64,000 bases of DNA from TPA_inf: Saccharomyces (Eukaryota). The stretch covers positions 1 to 64,000 of the forward strand of contig BK006945.2 in the NCBI GenBank assembly GCA_000146045.2, given 5' to 3'. A program made the position numbers and the translations under genes. Below are positions 1 through 11,358 of the stretch, piece after piece; position 1 is the first letter of the stretch, and every line of letters starts with the position of its first letter. The notes beneath the pieces were generated by a model. That model was not told where the DNA came from. It did not search any database and saw only the letters and a list, made by a program, of their open reading frames with translations.

Positions 1-76
1 CACACACACACACCACCCACACACCACACCACACACCACACCACACACCACACCACACCCACACACCCACACACAC
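1..76. repeat. Terminal telomeric repeat tract, C1-3A on the + strand (TG1-3 on the - strand)
   Basis: Irregular (CA)n / (C2-3A)n run 'cacacacacacaccacccacacaccacacc...' from base 1. It ends abruptly at 'ttttcacatctacc', where Y' sequence begins. Confidence 0.9.
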
Positions 77-584
77 TTTTCACATCTACCTCTACTCTCG
101 CTGTCATACCTTACCCGGCTTTCTGACCGAAATTAAAAAAAAAATGAAAATGAAACCCTGTTCTTTAGCCCTACAGCACTTCTACATAGCCCTAAATAGC
201 CCTAAATAGCCCTCATGTACGTCTCCTCCAAGCCCTGTTGTCTCTTACCCGGATGTTCAACCAAAAGCTACTTACTACCTTTATTTTATGTTTACTTTTT
301 ATAGATTGTCTTTTTATCCTACTCTTTCCCACTTGTCTCTCGCTACTGCCGTGCAACAAACACTAAATCAAAACAGTGAAATACTACTACATCAAAACGC
401 ATATTCCCTAGAAAAAAAAATTTCTTACAATATACTATACTACACAATACATAATCACTGACTTTCGTAACAACAATTTCCTTCACTCTCCAACTTCTCT
501 GCTCGAATCTCTACATAGTAATATTATATCAAATCTACCGTCTGGAACATCATTCGCTATCCAGCTCTTTGTGAACCGCTACCA

Positions 585-3500
585 TCAGCATGGTACCCTC
601 GTGTTATCTGCAGCGAGAACTTCAACGTTTGCCAAATCAACCCAATGTGGTAACAACCACACCTCCGAAATCTGCTCCAAAAGATATTCCAGTTTCTGCC
701 GAAATGTTTTATTGTAGAACAGCCCTATCAGCATCGACAGGAATGCCGTCCAATGCGGCACTTTAGATGGGGTAACTCCCAGCGCAAGCTGATCTCGCAA
801 GTGCATTCCTAGACTTAATTCATATCTGCTCCTCAACTGTCGATGATGCCTGCTAAACTGCAGCTTGACGTACTGCGGACCCTGCAGTCCAGCGCTCGTC
901 ATGGAACGCAAACGCTGAAAAACTCCAACTTTCTCGAGCGCTTCCACAAAGACCGTATCGTCTTTTGCCTCCCATTCTTCCCGGCACTTTTTCTCGTCCC
1001 AGTTCAAAAAGTACTGCAGCACCTCTGTCTTCGATTCACGCAAGTTGCTCCATACTTTATAATACAACTCTTTGATCTGCCTTCCAGACATGCGGAAAAC
1101 TTGGCTCCCTTGCTTGCCTCTTGTCGAATCCAATACACTAATTGTTTCTCTTCTTCTAGTAATGGCCAGGTACCAAGCATAATTTCTCTGTATCTGAGAG
1201 TAGATCTCTCCCCTTTTTACGCTAAAAAATTTCAAATACCCTACAGGGTCCCCATGATATGGCTCGATGTCTTCCAAGTATTCTTTGTATTCCTCGTCAT
1301 TTCGCAGCATTCTCTCCACAGCTAGTGCTTCCCAAGCCATCCTCCGATACGATACTTTCTGGCCAGCCCAACAGACACAGAGCTCGAACATCTTTTGACA
1401 GCCCTTGCATAATCCGTATTGTGTGAATACTCCCTCTGGGCAGAAGTATACGTCAATACCATAGAGGAAAAGATGTTTAATTTCGTCAGACCGAAATCCA
1501 AGAAACTGTAAGACATTCATATTCTCGGAAGTATTGGGAAATTGTGCTTTCAGTTTCTTTCTCTCTAGCAAAACCATTTGACTCCCTTTCCGCTTATACG
1601 ACTCTTTGTTAATGTCGGTGACTGGATGGAATCTATTATCCTCAGCATTGCCATCTTTATTGGCGTCCTCCTTGGCACTAGCGTTGGTACTTTCAGTGGT
1701 AGTAGCATTAGTGCTGGAGTTGGTGCTAGCAGTGGTAGTAGCACTAGTGTTGGAGTTGGTACCTTCAGTGGTAGTAGCATTAGTGCTGGAGTTGGTACTT
1801 TCAGTGGTAGTAGCATTAGTGTTGGAGTTGGTACTTTCAGTGGTAGTCGCACTAGTCCTGACGTTGATGCTGGCAGTGGTAGTAGCATTAGTGCTGGAGT
1901 CGGTACTTTCAGTGGTAGTAGCACTAGTGTTGGAGTCGGTACTTTCGGTGGTAGTAGCACTAGTGTTGGAGTTGGTACTTTCAGTGGTAGTCGCACTAGT
2001 CCTGACGTTGATGCTGGCAGTGGTAGTAGCACTAGTCCTGACGTTGGTGCTGGCAGTGGTAGTAGCATTAGTGCTGGAGTTGGTACTTTCAGTGGTAGTC
2101 GCACTAGTCCTGACGTTGATGCTGGCAGTGGTAGTAGCACTAGTCCTGACGTTGGTGCTGGCAGTGGTAGTAGCATTAGTGCTGGAGTTGGTAGTCGCAT
2201 TGGTACTGGCATTAGCACTACCATGAATGCACGTGTTGCTGTCCTCATCACTGCTGCAATACTTTCTGCACCTGTCACTGCTATTGCTCTCCTGGAAGCT
2301 AGACGGTAACGCAACGATCGACATGGAAGCTGTCGCCTGTTTTTCAGCCAATCTGTCCATTCTTTCTATCAGTTCCACTGTGTCAGCAGACAGGTCTGTC
2401 CTGGAGCCACAGCATCCAACATGCTGGCCCTTTTTTCCTTTCTTTGATTCAAGTCCATAGAACTCGCGTACCTGTTCGGTTATACAGCCTTCCTTAATCG
2501 GTGGTAATTCACCCTTACGATTCCTTGCCGCCCAACTGTTTTTTCTAGATAATAGATAACAGAGGCCCCCATCTCTTAGTCTCCCTACGCCTTGAATGAG
2601 CTCAATAATATTAAGTCTATTATCAAGCATGATCACCATCATCAATTGCTTAATGTCAATTCCTTCAGTCACTAATTTCGTTCCGATGAGAACTCGCATG
2701 CTACCGTCAGTGACAAACTCCTTTGTGCGAGACACCTTTTCTGCAGCACCCAGCTTCCCGTGTATCCATACCACCCTAAAATACTTTCTCCAAGAGCAGG
2801 CCAATTCTTCCACTTCGTTGGTTGTGCTTGCAACTACAATGGCCTTCGACTCTGGTTCAATTTCAAAGAGGGCTAAAAGAAGCTTCAGTGCTTCTTCGGG
2901 CTGTGATTCCACTTTCTTCCAAATTTTATGAACATGCCCTAAAGGCACCTCGGATTTCTCCTTGATTAGATTAAACATCCGTGTTGGATAGCTGGATAGA
3001 CCTCTGCTGAGATCTTCCGACCGTTTGAGCTCGTTGATGTCCATCGACTTCTTGGCCAGTCCCGTAAGCCCAATACGCTGCAACGCAGCATCAGCTACAG
3101 CCTCAGGTGCTGTGCCGCTCAAAAAGATTGCTTTCTCAAAAGCGTCAAAATCAAGGTTAGTTATGCCCCCAAATTGCGACTGCCGGTAGACCTCCGTTTC
3201 AAAGTTGTGAAACTCATCTACAATGAGGTAACCCAATTTTACGTTGTTGGTCCTAAAGGTGCACTCAACAATATTCTCCCACGCAGCTATCCTGTCTGTG
3301 AAATTAGTGCTAGCAAGATCATCGTAGATCCCCACGTATAAATCAGTAACGCCATCGCAACCTTCTTCAATAAAGTTTCTTACAGGGGCCACATTCAAGC
3401 AACCGCATCGGCCCAACCTGATCATGCAATTAGCAAGCAACACTGTGTACGGTACAAACAGAAACGACACATATTTCACGTCGCCCTTAGACGCCAGTGC

Positions 3501-3938
3501 TATCAAGGGGAGATGAAATAACTCCGTCTTACCATAGCCCGGTGGGGCCTGTACTGCCACAGAGGGTGTGTCTGCCATGTATATTTCATGACATAAGCGC
3601 AACTGATGCAAGTCCCTGAATTCAAAGGAGCTGCCAAAGAGTTTCTGGCCTGCGACGAGGATATCGTTTGTACTCTTGGGCTCTCGGGGCCTTTTTCGCG
3701 TTACTCTTGAAATTTTTTGATCATGATCTGAACTCGCCGCCTCACCTGCCACTACGTCTTCCGCATTCCGAGTACTAGAGAATGAACAATGGTAGTCGCT
3801 TTCAAGGCCTAACCATTGAATCCAGCGCTCGGAAGTGAGTCCGTCAAGCGTCTTTAGTCGAGGCTCCGATGAACCGTTCTTGTTGTATCGTCGACGTATA
3901 CGTTGCGCTGTAGCTCTGGATAACGGTAAGCGTATCAC
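585..3938 (-). CDS. YLL067C: Y' element ATP-dependent helicase ORF (YLL067C-type), probably the 3' exon of a longer spliced/read-through gene. It has a Walker A motif (APPGYGKTE), a DEFH box, helicase C-terminal motifs and a Ser/Thr/Asn-rich 12-aa tandem repeat region.
   Basis: Long ORF whose translation shows GKT and DEFH helicase motifs. There is no ATG at the 5' end: codon 3936..3938 is GTG. TGA stop at 585..587. Confidence 0.8.
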   Translation of the reverse strand: MIRLPLSRATAQRIRRRYNKNGSSEPRLKTLDGLTSERWIQWLGLESDYHCSFSSTRNAEDVVAGEAASSDHDQKISRVTRKRPREPKSTNDILVAGQKLFGSSFEFRDLHQLRLCHEIYMADTPSVAVQAPPGYGKTELFHLPLIALASKGDVKYVSFLFVPYTVLLANCMIRLGRCGCLNVAPVRNFIEEGCDGVTDLYVGIYDDLASTNFTDRIAAWENIVECTFRTNNVKLGYLIVDEFHNFETEVYRQSQFGGITNLDFDAFEKAIFLSGTAPEAVADAALQRIGLTGLAKKSMDINELKRSEDLSRGLSSYPTRMFNLIKEKSEVPLGHVHKIWKKVESQPEEALKLLLALFEIEPESKAIVVASTTNEVEELACSWRKYFRVVWIHGKLGAAEKVSRTKEFVTDGSMRVLIGTKLVTEGIDIKQLMMVIMLDNRLNIIELIQGVGRLRDGGLCYLLSRKNSWAARNRKGELPPIKEGCITEQVREFYGLESKKGKKGQHVGCCGSRTDLSADTVELIERMDRLAEKQATASMSIVALPSSFQESNSSDRCRKYCSSDEDSNTCIHGSANASTNATTNSSTNATTTASTNVRTSATTTASINVRTSATTTESTNSSTNATTTASTNVRTSATTTASINVRTSATTTESTNSNTSATTTESTDSNTSATTTESTDSSTNATTTASINVRTSATTTESTNSNTNATTTESTNSSTNATTTEGTNSNTSATTTASTNSSTNATTTESTNASAKEDANKDGNAEDNRFHPVTDINKESYKRKGSQMVLLERKKLKAQFPNTSENMNVLQFLGFRSDEIKHLFLYGIDVYFCPEGVFTQYGLCKGCQKMFELCVCWAGQKVSYRRMAWEALAVERMLRNDEEYKEYLEDIEPYHGDPVGYLKFFSVKRGEIYSQIQRNYAWYLAITRRRETISVLDSTRGKQGSQVFRMSGRQIKELYYKVWSNLRESKTEVLQYFLNWDEKKCREEWEAKDDTVFVEALEKVGVFQRLRSMTSAGLQGPQYVKLQFSRHHRQLRSRYELSLGMHLRDQLALGVTPSKVPHWTAFLSMLIGLFYNKTFRQKLEYLLEQISEVWLLPHWVDLANVEVLAADNTRVPC
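1683..2220. repeat. Tandem array of a 36-nt unit (consensus ggtagtagcattagtgctggagttggtactttcagt) inside the Y' helicase ORF. It encodes 12-aa T(E/A)STNS(S/N)TNATT repeats.
   Basis: Direct 36-nt periodicity visible in the sequence. This array is 108 nt (3 units) longer than in copy 2. Confidence 0.85.
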
Positions 3939-3992
3939 CGTAAGCTCGTCAATTATTTTTGAGAGCCGCGGTCATTTTGTTAGTATCTCTTC

Positions 3993-4808
3993 TCAACTTG
4001 GGCAGCACACATGCAAAACATCACCCAATCGGTCCTTTTTGTTCATCATATCGTTACATATCTGTGAAAAGTACTTTATCTCAATGGGTTTACGTGGGCA
4101 TAGATCACGCTTCAGCCGCTCTGTGTCGACTTTCTTTTCGCCAGGTAAACTTGCTTGGTATGCAGAAAAAATCGATAGCTCATCTACGTGTAGTAACAAA
4201 AACATGTGGGGTGCCAAATTGTACCCATATCTCCTTATGGTGCTTTTCTGAAGACTCCTTACAATAGGTGCGCCAGAAACAAAGTCAGTGAAAGTACGCA
4301 TCGTAGAGCTGTCGTTCGGCCTGGCACTCGCTATTTCGTGACAACGTTCCAGGACACGGAAACTCAACTCATTATAGTATCCTCTGTTGAGGTAAAAAAG
4401 AGAAAGGGTATCGTAATCCTTTCTATTGAATTTCAAAGTATGCACTTGAAACAACGTGTAGACCATCAAGTTGATTTTCTTGGGAATAAGATACTTTGAA
4501 GGGATTGGTCCGCCCTGGAAATCTGGTTCGTCTTCAACAAACGTCAGGAACTTTTGTACATTTTTCCCGACCATGACGGAAACGACAATTTTTTCAAAAG
4601 ACCTTTTCCTATCCATTGCACCAGTTCTGAATTTTACCACTTTGATTAGGCCAGACTTTTCGTCTTCGTAGAATGACCGCACTTCCGTGGGGATCGATTC
4701 AAATAAAGTTATTGAGGGACAATGTACCAAGTCGTTTTTGTTATTTAGAGCCGACTCAAACTCGTCAAAGTTTGCTTTTTCAAACTTACGCCTATCGGAA
4801 ACTTTCAT
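3993..4808 (-). CDS. Y' element ORF1 (271 aa), upstream of the helicase ORF and in the same frame. It is separated from the helicase ORF by a single TGA at 3993..3995. The annotated Y' gene may start at the internal ATG at 4301.
   Basis: ORF present identically in both Y' copies. It shares a frame with 585..3938; 4808 and 3938 are both ≡2 mod 3. Confidence 0.55.
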   Translation of the reverse strand: MKVSDRRKFEKANFDEFESALNNKNDLVHCPSITLFESIPTEVRSFYEDEKSGLIKVVKFRTGAMDRKRSFEKIVVSVMVGKNVQKFLTFVEDEPDFQGGPIPSKYLIPKKINLMVYTLFQVHTLKFNRKDYDTLSLFYLNRGYYNELSFRVLERCHEIASARPNDSSTMRTFTDFVSGAPIVRSLQKSTIRRYGYNLAPHMFLLLHVDELSIFSAYQASLPGEKKVDTERLKRDLCPRKPIEIKYFSQICNDMMNKKDRLGDVLHVCCPS

Positions 4809-5660
4809 TTTATTTTTGTAAGTTTCGAAATTAACAATAGTATGTTGATTGTTATGCTTTTTGACAAGAAATCCATCAATATAAACAAAAGATTGTCCAG
4901 TTTCCGTCTTATCATCATCTAAGAATGTAATAATTAAGCTACTCTATTGAGAAGAAGCAGAATCTGCGCTATGCAGGTGCAAATCTCCAGCAGCAGCAAA
5001 GAAAATTCAGTTAATAAGAAATCTCACTAAGATAAGCGACTGTCTGTCCCAACATAGAAAACAGAAGGATGTCTCATTCATCCTTGATTTCCGGCCTGCA
5101 AAAATAAAGTAGTCGGTACGTACGTTCGTTTTCAATTTCCATGGTGCACAGTATCTTAACTATCTGCTTAGTCGAGGAGAACCAGGATTCTGTTCGTTGC
5201 TCAGCCGCTTCGTGGATATTCTCTTGGATACTTTAAATATGGACCTACGCTTAGCCTGCGCTTAGCCTACAACTTCTTCCGCTCTCGAAAAGACCAATAT
5301 AATAGAAAGTTATAAATTACATTTCCTTATTAGGTATACGACCTCGCGCTTCGAAGTAGAGGAGCCCTTTTTGGCGTACCTACATATGGCGCGTCAGACA
5401 GACAAACTTCCCCCAAAAATGTATTACCCTGCCGAATAAGAAAACAGACCCATTCACCCACGACGTATCAAGTTACTTCCTTGGTGCAATGTCCCACTAT
5501 AAAAAAATTCCTTGACGCTAGATCGTTGGACTAAAATCTGCGTCACAATCGCCTAAACAGGAAATATTGCCTATTTTCGTACAAGGTTACTTCCTAGATG
5601 CTATATGTCCCTACGGCCTTGTCTAACACCATCCAGCATGCAATACAGTGACATATATAT

Positions 5661-5725
5661 ACACCACACCCACACACCACACCCACACCACACCCACACC
5701 CACACACACCACACACCCACACACT
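5661..5725. repeat. Internal telomeric (C1-3A/TG1-3) tract between the two Y' copies
   Basis: 'acaccacacccacacaccacacccacaccacacccacacccacacacaccacacacccacacac', flanked by Y' end sequence on both sides. Confidence 0.85.
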
Positions 5726-6119
5726 CTCTTACATCTACCTTTACTCTCGCTGTCACACCTTACCCGGCTTTCTGACCGAAATTAAAAAAAATGAAAATGA
5801 AACCCTCTTCTTTAGCCCTACAACACTTTTACATAGCCCTAAGTAGCCCTCATGTACGTCTCCTCCAAGCCCTGTTGTCTCTTACCCGGATGTTCAACCA
5901 AAAGCTACTTACTACCTTTATTTTATGTTTACTTTTTATAGATTGTCTTTTTATCCTACTCTTTCCCACTTGTCTCTCGCTACTGCCGTGCAACAAACAC
6001 TAAATCAAAACAGTGAAATACTACTACATCAAAACGCATATTCCCTAGAAAAAAAAATTTCTTACAATATACTATACTACACAATACATAATCACTGACT
6101 TTCGTAACAACAATTTCCT

Positions 6120-9100
6120 TCACTCTCCAACTTCTCTGCTCGAATCTCTACATAGTAATATTATATCAAATCTACCGTCTGGAACATCATCGCTATCCAG
6201 CTCTTTGTGAACCGCTACCATCAGCATGTACAGCGGTACCCTCGTGTTATCTGCAGCGAGAACTTCAACGTTTGCCAAATCAACCCAATGTGGTAACAAC
6301 CACACCTCCGAAATCTGCTCCAAAAGATATTCCAGTTTCTGCCGAAATGTTTTATTGTAGAACAGCCCTATCAGCATCGACAGGAATGCCGTCCAATGCG
6401 GCACTTTAGATGGGGTAACTCCCAGCGCAAGCTGATCTCGCAAGTGCATTCCTAGACTTAATTCATATCTGCTCCTCAACTGTCGATGATGCCTGCTAAA
6501 CTGCAGCTTGACGTACTGCGGACCCTGCAGTCCAGCGCTCGTCATGGAACGCAAACGCTGAAAAACTCCAACTTTCTCGAGCGCTTCCACAAAGACCGTA
6601 TCGTCTTTTGCCTCCCATTCTTCCCGGCACTTTTTCTCGTCCCAGTTCAAAAAGTACTGCAGCACCTCTGTCTTCGATTCACGCAAGTTGCTCCATACTT
6701 TATAATACAACTCTTTGATCTGCCTTCCAGACATGCGGAAAACTTGGCTCCCTTGCTTGCCTCTTGTCGAATCCAATACACTAATTGTTTCTCTTCTTCT
6801 AGTAATGGCCAGGTACCAAGCATAATTTCTCTGTATCTGAGAGTAGATCTCTCCCCTTTTTACGCTAAAAAATTTCAAATACCCTACAGGGTCCCCATGA
6901 TATGGCTCGATGTCTTCCAAGTATTCTTTGTATTCCTCGTCATTTCGCAGCATTCTCTCCACAGCTAGTGCTTCCCAAGCCATCCTCCGATACGATACTT
7001 TCTGGCCAGCCCAACAGACACAGAGCCCGAACATCTTTTGACAGCCCTTGCATAATCCGTATTGTGTGAATACTCCCTCTGGGCAGAAGTATATGTCAAT
7101 ACCATAGAGGAAAAGATGTTTAATTTCGTCAGACCGAAATCCAAGAAACTGTAAGACATTCATATTCTCGGAAGTATTGGGAAATTGTGCTTTCAGTTTC
7201 TTTCTCTCTAGCAAAACCATTTGACTCCCTTTCCGCTTATACGACTCTTTGTTAATGTCGGTGACTGGATGGAATCTATTATCCTCAGCATTGCCATCTT
7301 TATTGGCGTCCTCCTTGGCACTAGCGTTGGTACTTTCAGTGGTAGTGGCATTAGTGCTGGAGTTGGTGCTAGCAGTGGTAGTGGCATTAGTGCTGGAGTT
7401 GGTGCTAGCAGTGGTAGTAGCACTAGTGTTGGAGTCGGTACTTTCGGTGGTAGTAGCACTAGTGTTGGAGTCGGTACTTTCGGTGGTAGTAGCACTAGTG
7501 TTGGAGTTGGTACTTTCAGTGGTAGTCGCACTAGTCCTGACGTTGATGCTGGCAGTGGTAGTAGCACTAGTCCTGACGTTGGTGCTGGCAGTGGTAGTAG
7601 CATTAGTGCTGGAGTTGGTACTTTCAGTGGTAGTCGCACTAGTCCTGACGTTGATGCTGGCAGTGGTAGTAGCACTAGTCCTGACGTTGGTGCTGGCAGT
7701 GGTAGTAGCATTAGTGCTGGAGTTGGTAGTCGCATTGGTACTGGCATTAGCACTACCATGAATGCACGTGTTGCTGTCCTCATCACTGCTGCAATACTTT
7801 CTGCACCTGTCACTGCTATTGCTCTCCTGGAAGCTAGACGGTAACGCAACGATCGACATGGAAGCTGTCGCCTGTTTTTCAGCCAATCTGTCCATTCTTT
7901 CTATCAGTTCCACTGTGTCAGCAGACAGGTCTGTCCTGGAGCCACAGCATCCAACATGCTGGCCCTTTTTTCCTTTCTTTGATTCAAGTCCATAGAACTC
8001 GCGTACCTGTTCGGTTATACAGCCTTCCTTAATCGGTGGTAATTCACCCTTACGATTCCTTGCCGCCCAACTGTTTTTTCTAGATAATAGATAACAGAGG
8101 CCCCCATCTCTTAGTCTCCCTACGCCTTGAATGAGCTCAATAATATTAAGTCTATTATCAAGCATGATCACCATCATCAATTGCTTAATGTCAATTCCTT
8201 CAGTCACTAATTTCGTTCCGATGAGAACTCGCATGCTACCGTCAGTGACAAACTCCTTTGTGCGAGACACCTTTTCTGCAGCACCCAGCTTCCCGTGTAT
8301 CCATACCACCCTAAAATACTTTCTCCAAGAGCAGGCCAATTCTTCCACTTCGTTGGTTGTGCTTGCAACTACAATGGCCTTCGACTCTGGTTCAATTTCA
8401 AAGAGGGCTAAAAGAAGCTTCAGTGCTTCTTCGGGCTGTGATTCCACTTTCTTCCAAATTTTATGAACATGCCCTAAAGGCACCTCGGATTTCTCCTTGA
8501 TTAGATTAAACATCCGTGTTGGATAGCTGGATAGACCTCTGCTGAGATCTTCCGACCGTTTGAGCTCGTTGATGTCCATCGACTTCTTGGCCAGTCCCGT
8601 AAGCCCAATACGCTGCAACGCAGCATCAGCTACAGCCTCAGGTGCTGTGCCGCTCAAAAAGATTGCTTTCTCAAAAGCGTCAAAATCAAGGTTAGTTATG
8701 CCCCCAAATTGCGACTGCCGGTAGACCTCCGTTTCAAAGTTGTGAAACTCATCTACAATGAGGTAACCCAATTTTACGTTGTTGGTCCTAAAGGTGCACT
8801 CAACAATATTCTCCCACGCAGCTATCCTGTCTGTGAAATTAGTGCTAGCAAGATCATCGTAGATCCCCACGTATAAATCAGTAACGCCATCGCAACCTTC
8901 TTCAATAAAGTTTCTTACAGGGGCCACATTCAAGCAACCGCATCGGCCCAACCTGATCATGCAATTAGCAAGCAACACTGTGTACGGTACAAACAGAAAC
9001 GACACATATTTCACGTCGCCCTTAGACGCCAGTGCTATCAAGGGGAGATGAAATAACTCCGTCTTACCATAGCCCGGTGGGGCCTGTACTGCCACAGAGG

Positions 9101-9473
9101 GTGTGTCTGCCATGTATATTTCATGACATAAGCGCAACTGATGCAAGTCCCTGAATTCAAAGGAGCTGCCAAAGAGTTTCTGGCCTGCGACGAGGATATC
9201 GTTTGTACTCTTGGGCTCTCGGGGCCTTTTTCGCGTTACTCTTGAAATTTTTTGATCATGATCTGAACTCGCCGCCTCACCTGCCACTACGTCTTCCGCA
9301 TTCCGAGTACTAGAGAATGAACAATGGTAGTCGCTTTCAAGGCCTAACCATTGAATCCAGCGCTCGGAAGTGAGTCCGTCAAGCGTCTTTAGTCGAGGCT
9401 CCGATGAACCGTTCTTGTTGTATCGTCGACGTATACGTTGCGCTGTAGCTCTGGATAACGGTAAGCGTATCAC
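6120..9473 (-). CDS. YLL066C: Y' element ATP-dependent helicase ORF (YLL066C-type). It matches copy 1 except for a shorter repeat array, a 37-aa longer C-terminus and a few substitutions.
   Basis: 1117-aa ORF with GKT/DEFH motifs. It starts at GTG rather than ATG. TGA stop at 6120..6122. Confidence 0.8.
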   Translation of the reverse strand: MIRLPLSRATAQRIRRRYNKNGSSEPRLKTLDGLTSERWIQWLGLESDYHCSFSSTRNAEDVVAGEAASSDHDQKISRVTRKRPREPKSTNDILVAGQKLFGSSFEFRDLHQLRLCHEIYMADTPSVAVQAPPGYGKTELFHLPLIALASKGDVKYVSFLFVPYTVLLANCMIRLGRCGCLNVAPVRNFIEEGCDGVTDLYVGIYDDLASTNFTDRIAAWENIVECTFRTNNVKLGYLIVDEFHNFETEVYRQSQFGGITNLDFDAFEKAIFLSGTAPEAVADAALQRIGLTGLAKKSMDINELKRSEDLSRGLSSYPTRMFNLIKEKSEVPLGHVHKIWKKVESQPEEALKLLLALFEIEPESKAIVVASTTNEVEELACSWRKYFRVVWIHGKLGAAEKVSRTKEFVTDGSMRVLIGTKLVTEGIDIKQLMMVIMLDNRLNIIELIQGVGRLRDGGLCYLLSRKNSWAARNRKGELPPIKEGCITEQVREFYGLESKKGKKGQHVGCCGSRTDLSADTVELIERMDRLAEKQATASMSIVALPSSFQESNSSDRCRKYCSSDEDSNTCIHGSANASTNATTNSSTNATTTASTNVRTSATTTASINVRTSATTTESTNSSTNATTTASTNVRTSATTTASINVRTSATTTESTNSNTSATTTESTDSNTSATTTESTDSNTSATTTASTNSSTNATTTASTNSSTNATTTESTNASAKEDANKDGNAEDNRFHPVTDINKESYKRKGSQMVLLERKKLKAQFPNTSENMNVLQFLGFRSDEIKHLFLYGIDIYFCPEGVFTQYGLCKGCQKMFGLCVCWAGQKVSYRRMAWEALAVERMLRNDEEYKEYLEDIEPYHGDPVGYLKFFSVKRGEIYSQIQRNYAWYLAITRRRETISVLDSTRGKQGSQVFRMSGRQIKELYYKVWSNLRESKTEVLQYFLNWDEKKCREEWEAKDDTVFVEALEKVGVFQRLRSMTSAGLQGPQYVKLQFSRHHRQLRSRYELSLGMHLRDQLALGVTPSKVPHWTAFLSMLIGLFYNKTFRQKLEYLLEQISEVWLLPHWVDLANVEVLAADNTRVPLYMLMVAVHKELDSDDVPDGRFDIILLCRDSSREVGE
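7326..7755. repeat. 36-nt tandem repeat array in Y' copy 2, shorter than in copy 1
   Basis: Same unit as 1683..2220. The copy-2 antisense ORF is 213 aa against 249 aa in copy 1. Confidence 0.8.
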
Positions 9474-9527
9474 CGTAAGCTCGTCAATTATTTTTGAGAG
9501 CCGCGGTCATTTTGTTAGTATCTCTTC

Positions 9528-10343
9528 TCAACTTGGGCAGCACACATGCAAAACATCACCCAATCGGTCCTTTTTGTTCATCATATCGTTACATATCTGT
9601 GAAAAGTACTTTATCTCAATGGGTTTACGTGGGCATAGATCACGCTTCAGCCGCTCTGTGTCGACTTTCTTTTCGCCAGGTAAACTTGCTTGGTATGCAG
9701 AAAAAATCGATAGCTCATCTACGTGTAGTAACAAAAACATGTGGGGTGCCAAATTGTACCCATATCTCCTTATGGTGCTTTTCTGAAGACTCCTTACAAT
9801 AGGTGCGCCAGAAACAAAGTCAGTGAAAGTACGCATCGTAGAGCTGTCGTTCGGCCTGGCACTCGCTATTTCGTGACAACGTTCCAGGACACGGAAACTC
9901 AACTCATTATAGTATCCTCTGTTGAGGTAAAAAAGAGAAAGGGTATCGTAATCCTTTCTATTGAATTTCAAAGTATGCACTTGAAACAACGTGTAGACCA
10001 TCAAGTTGATTTTCTTGGGAATAAGATACTTTGAAGGGATTGGTCCGCCCTGGAAATCTGGTTCGTCTTCAACAAACGTCAGGAACTTTTGTACATTTTT
10101 CCCGACCATGACGGAAACGACAATTTTTTCAAAAGACCTTTTCCTATCCATTGCACCAGTTCTGAATTTTACCACTTTGATTAGGCCAGACTTTTCGTCT
10201 TCGTAGAATGACCGCACTTCCGTGGGGATCGATTCAAATAAAGTTATTGAGGGACAATGTACCAAGTCGTTTTTGTTATTTAGAGCCGACTCAAACTCGT
10301 CAAAGTTTGCTTTTTCAAACTTACGCCTATCGGAAACTTTCAT
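9528..10343 (-). CDS. Y' ORF1 (271 aa), copy 2
   Basis: Identical protein to 3993..4808. Confidence 0.55.
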   Translation of the reverse strand: MKVSDRRKFEKANFDEFESALNNKNDLVHCPSITLFESIPTEVRSFYEDEKSGLIKVVKFRTGAMDRKRSFEKIVVSVMVGKNVQKFLTFVEDEPDFQGGPIPSKYLIPKKINLMVYTLFQVHTLKFNRKDYDTLSLFYLNRGYYNELSFRVLERCHEIASARPNDSSTMRTFTDFVSGAPIVRSLQKSTIRRYGYNLAPHMFLLLHVDELSIFSAYQASLPGEKKVDTERLKRDLCPRKPIEIKYFSQICNDMMNKKDRLGDVLHVCCPS

Positions 10344-11195
10344 TTTATTTTTGTAAGTTTCGAAATTAACAATAGTATGTTGATTGTTATGCTTTTTGAC
10401 AAGAAATCCATCAATATAAACAAAAGATTGTCCAGTTTCCGTCTTATCATCATCTAAGAATGTAATAATTAAGCTACTCTATTGAGAAGAAGCAGAATCT
10501 GCGCTATGCAGGTGCAAATCTCCAGCAGCAGCAAAGAAAATTCAGTTAATAAGAAATCTCACTAAGATAAGCGACTGTCTGTCCCAACATAGAAAACAGA
10601 AGGATGTCTCATTCATCCTTGATTTCCGGCCTGCAAAAATAAAGTAGTCGGTACGTACGTTCGTTTTCAATTTCCATGGTGCACAGTATCTTAACTATCT
10701 GCTTAGTCGAGGAGAACCAGGATTCTGTTCGTTGCTCAGCCGCTTCGTGGATATTCTCTTGGATACTTTAAATATGGACCTACGCTTAGCCTGCGCTTAG
10801 CCTACAACTTCTTCCGCTCTCGAAAAGACCAATATAATAGAAAGTTATAAATTACATTTCCTTATTAGGTATACGACCTCGCGCTTCGAAGTAGAGGAGC
10901 CCTTTTTGGCGTACCTACATATGGCGCGTCAGACAGACAAACTTCCCCCAAAAATGTATTACCCTGCCGAATAAGAAAACAGACCCATTCACCCACGACG
11001 TATCAAGTTACTTCCTTGGTGCAATGTCCCACTATAAAAAAATTCCTTGACGCTAGATCGTTGGACTAAAATCTGCGTCACAATCGCCTAAACAGGAAAT
11101 ATTGCCTATTTTCGTACAAGGTTACTTCCTAGATGCTATATGTCCCTACGGCCTTGTCTAACACCATCCAGCATGCAATACAGTGACATATATAT

Positions 11196-11358
11196 ACACC
11201 ACACCCACACACCACACCCACACACACACACCCACACCCACACCCACACACACACACCCACACACACCACACCCACACACCACACCCACACCCACACCAC
11301 ACCCACACACCCACACCCACACACCCACACCACACCCACACCCACACACACCCACACA
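11196..11358. repeat. Internal telomeric C1-3A tract at the Y'/X junction
   Basis: ~160 bp of irregular 'ccacacc/cacacac' repeats between the Y' end and X-element repeats. Confidence 0.9.

Larger units (their letters stand above)
77..5660 (-). repeat. Y' subtelomeric element, copy 1 (short class, ~5.6 kb), telomere-proximal
   Basis: The block is repeated almost exactly at ~5726..11195. It holds a 1117-aa helicase ORF and a 271-aa upstream ORF, and is bounded on both sides by TG1-3/C1-3A tracts. Confidence 0.85.
5726..11195 (-). repeat. Y' subtelomeric element, copy 2 (short class, ~5.5 kb)
   Basis: Near-identical to copy 1. It ends with the same '...ccatccagcatgcaatacagtgacatatatatac' junction into a TG1-3 tract. 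Confidence 0.85.

Noticed and set aside
1565-2314. Long ORFs on both strands over the Y' 36-nt repeat (1565..2314 -, 1578..2309 +, 1606..2226 +, and the copy-2 equivalents 7208..7849, 7221..7844, 7249..7761)
   Set aside because: Low-complexity translations (LVLLPLP..., GSSTSVGVG..., VVVALVLEL...) come from the periodicity of a repeat that lies inside the real helicase ORF. They are artefacts of the repeat array, not genes.
3938-3938. Track ORF starts taken as ATG
   Set aside because: Several track 'M' starts are GTG or TTG (3938 and 23557 GTG; 17643 and 52593 non-ATG), so the caller uses a bacterial start set. I moved MHT1, YLL058W, AYT1, FRE6, LDB18, YBT1, ATG10 and FPS1 to the first real ATG, consistent with the known protein lengths.
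5791-6003. 70-aa + strand ORF at the distal end of Y' copy 2
   Set aside because: The translation is low-complexity and Leu-rich. It sits in the Y' terminal region next to telomeric repeats. Copy 1 has no equivalent intact ORF because of indels, so it is unlikely to be functional.
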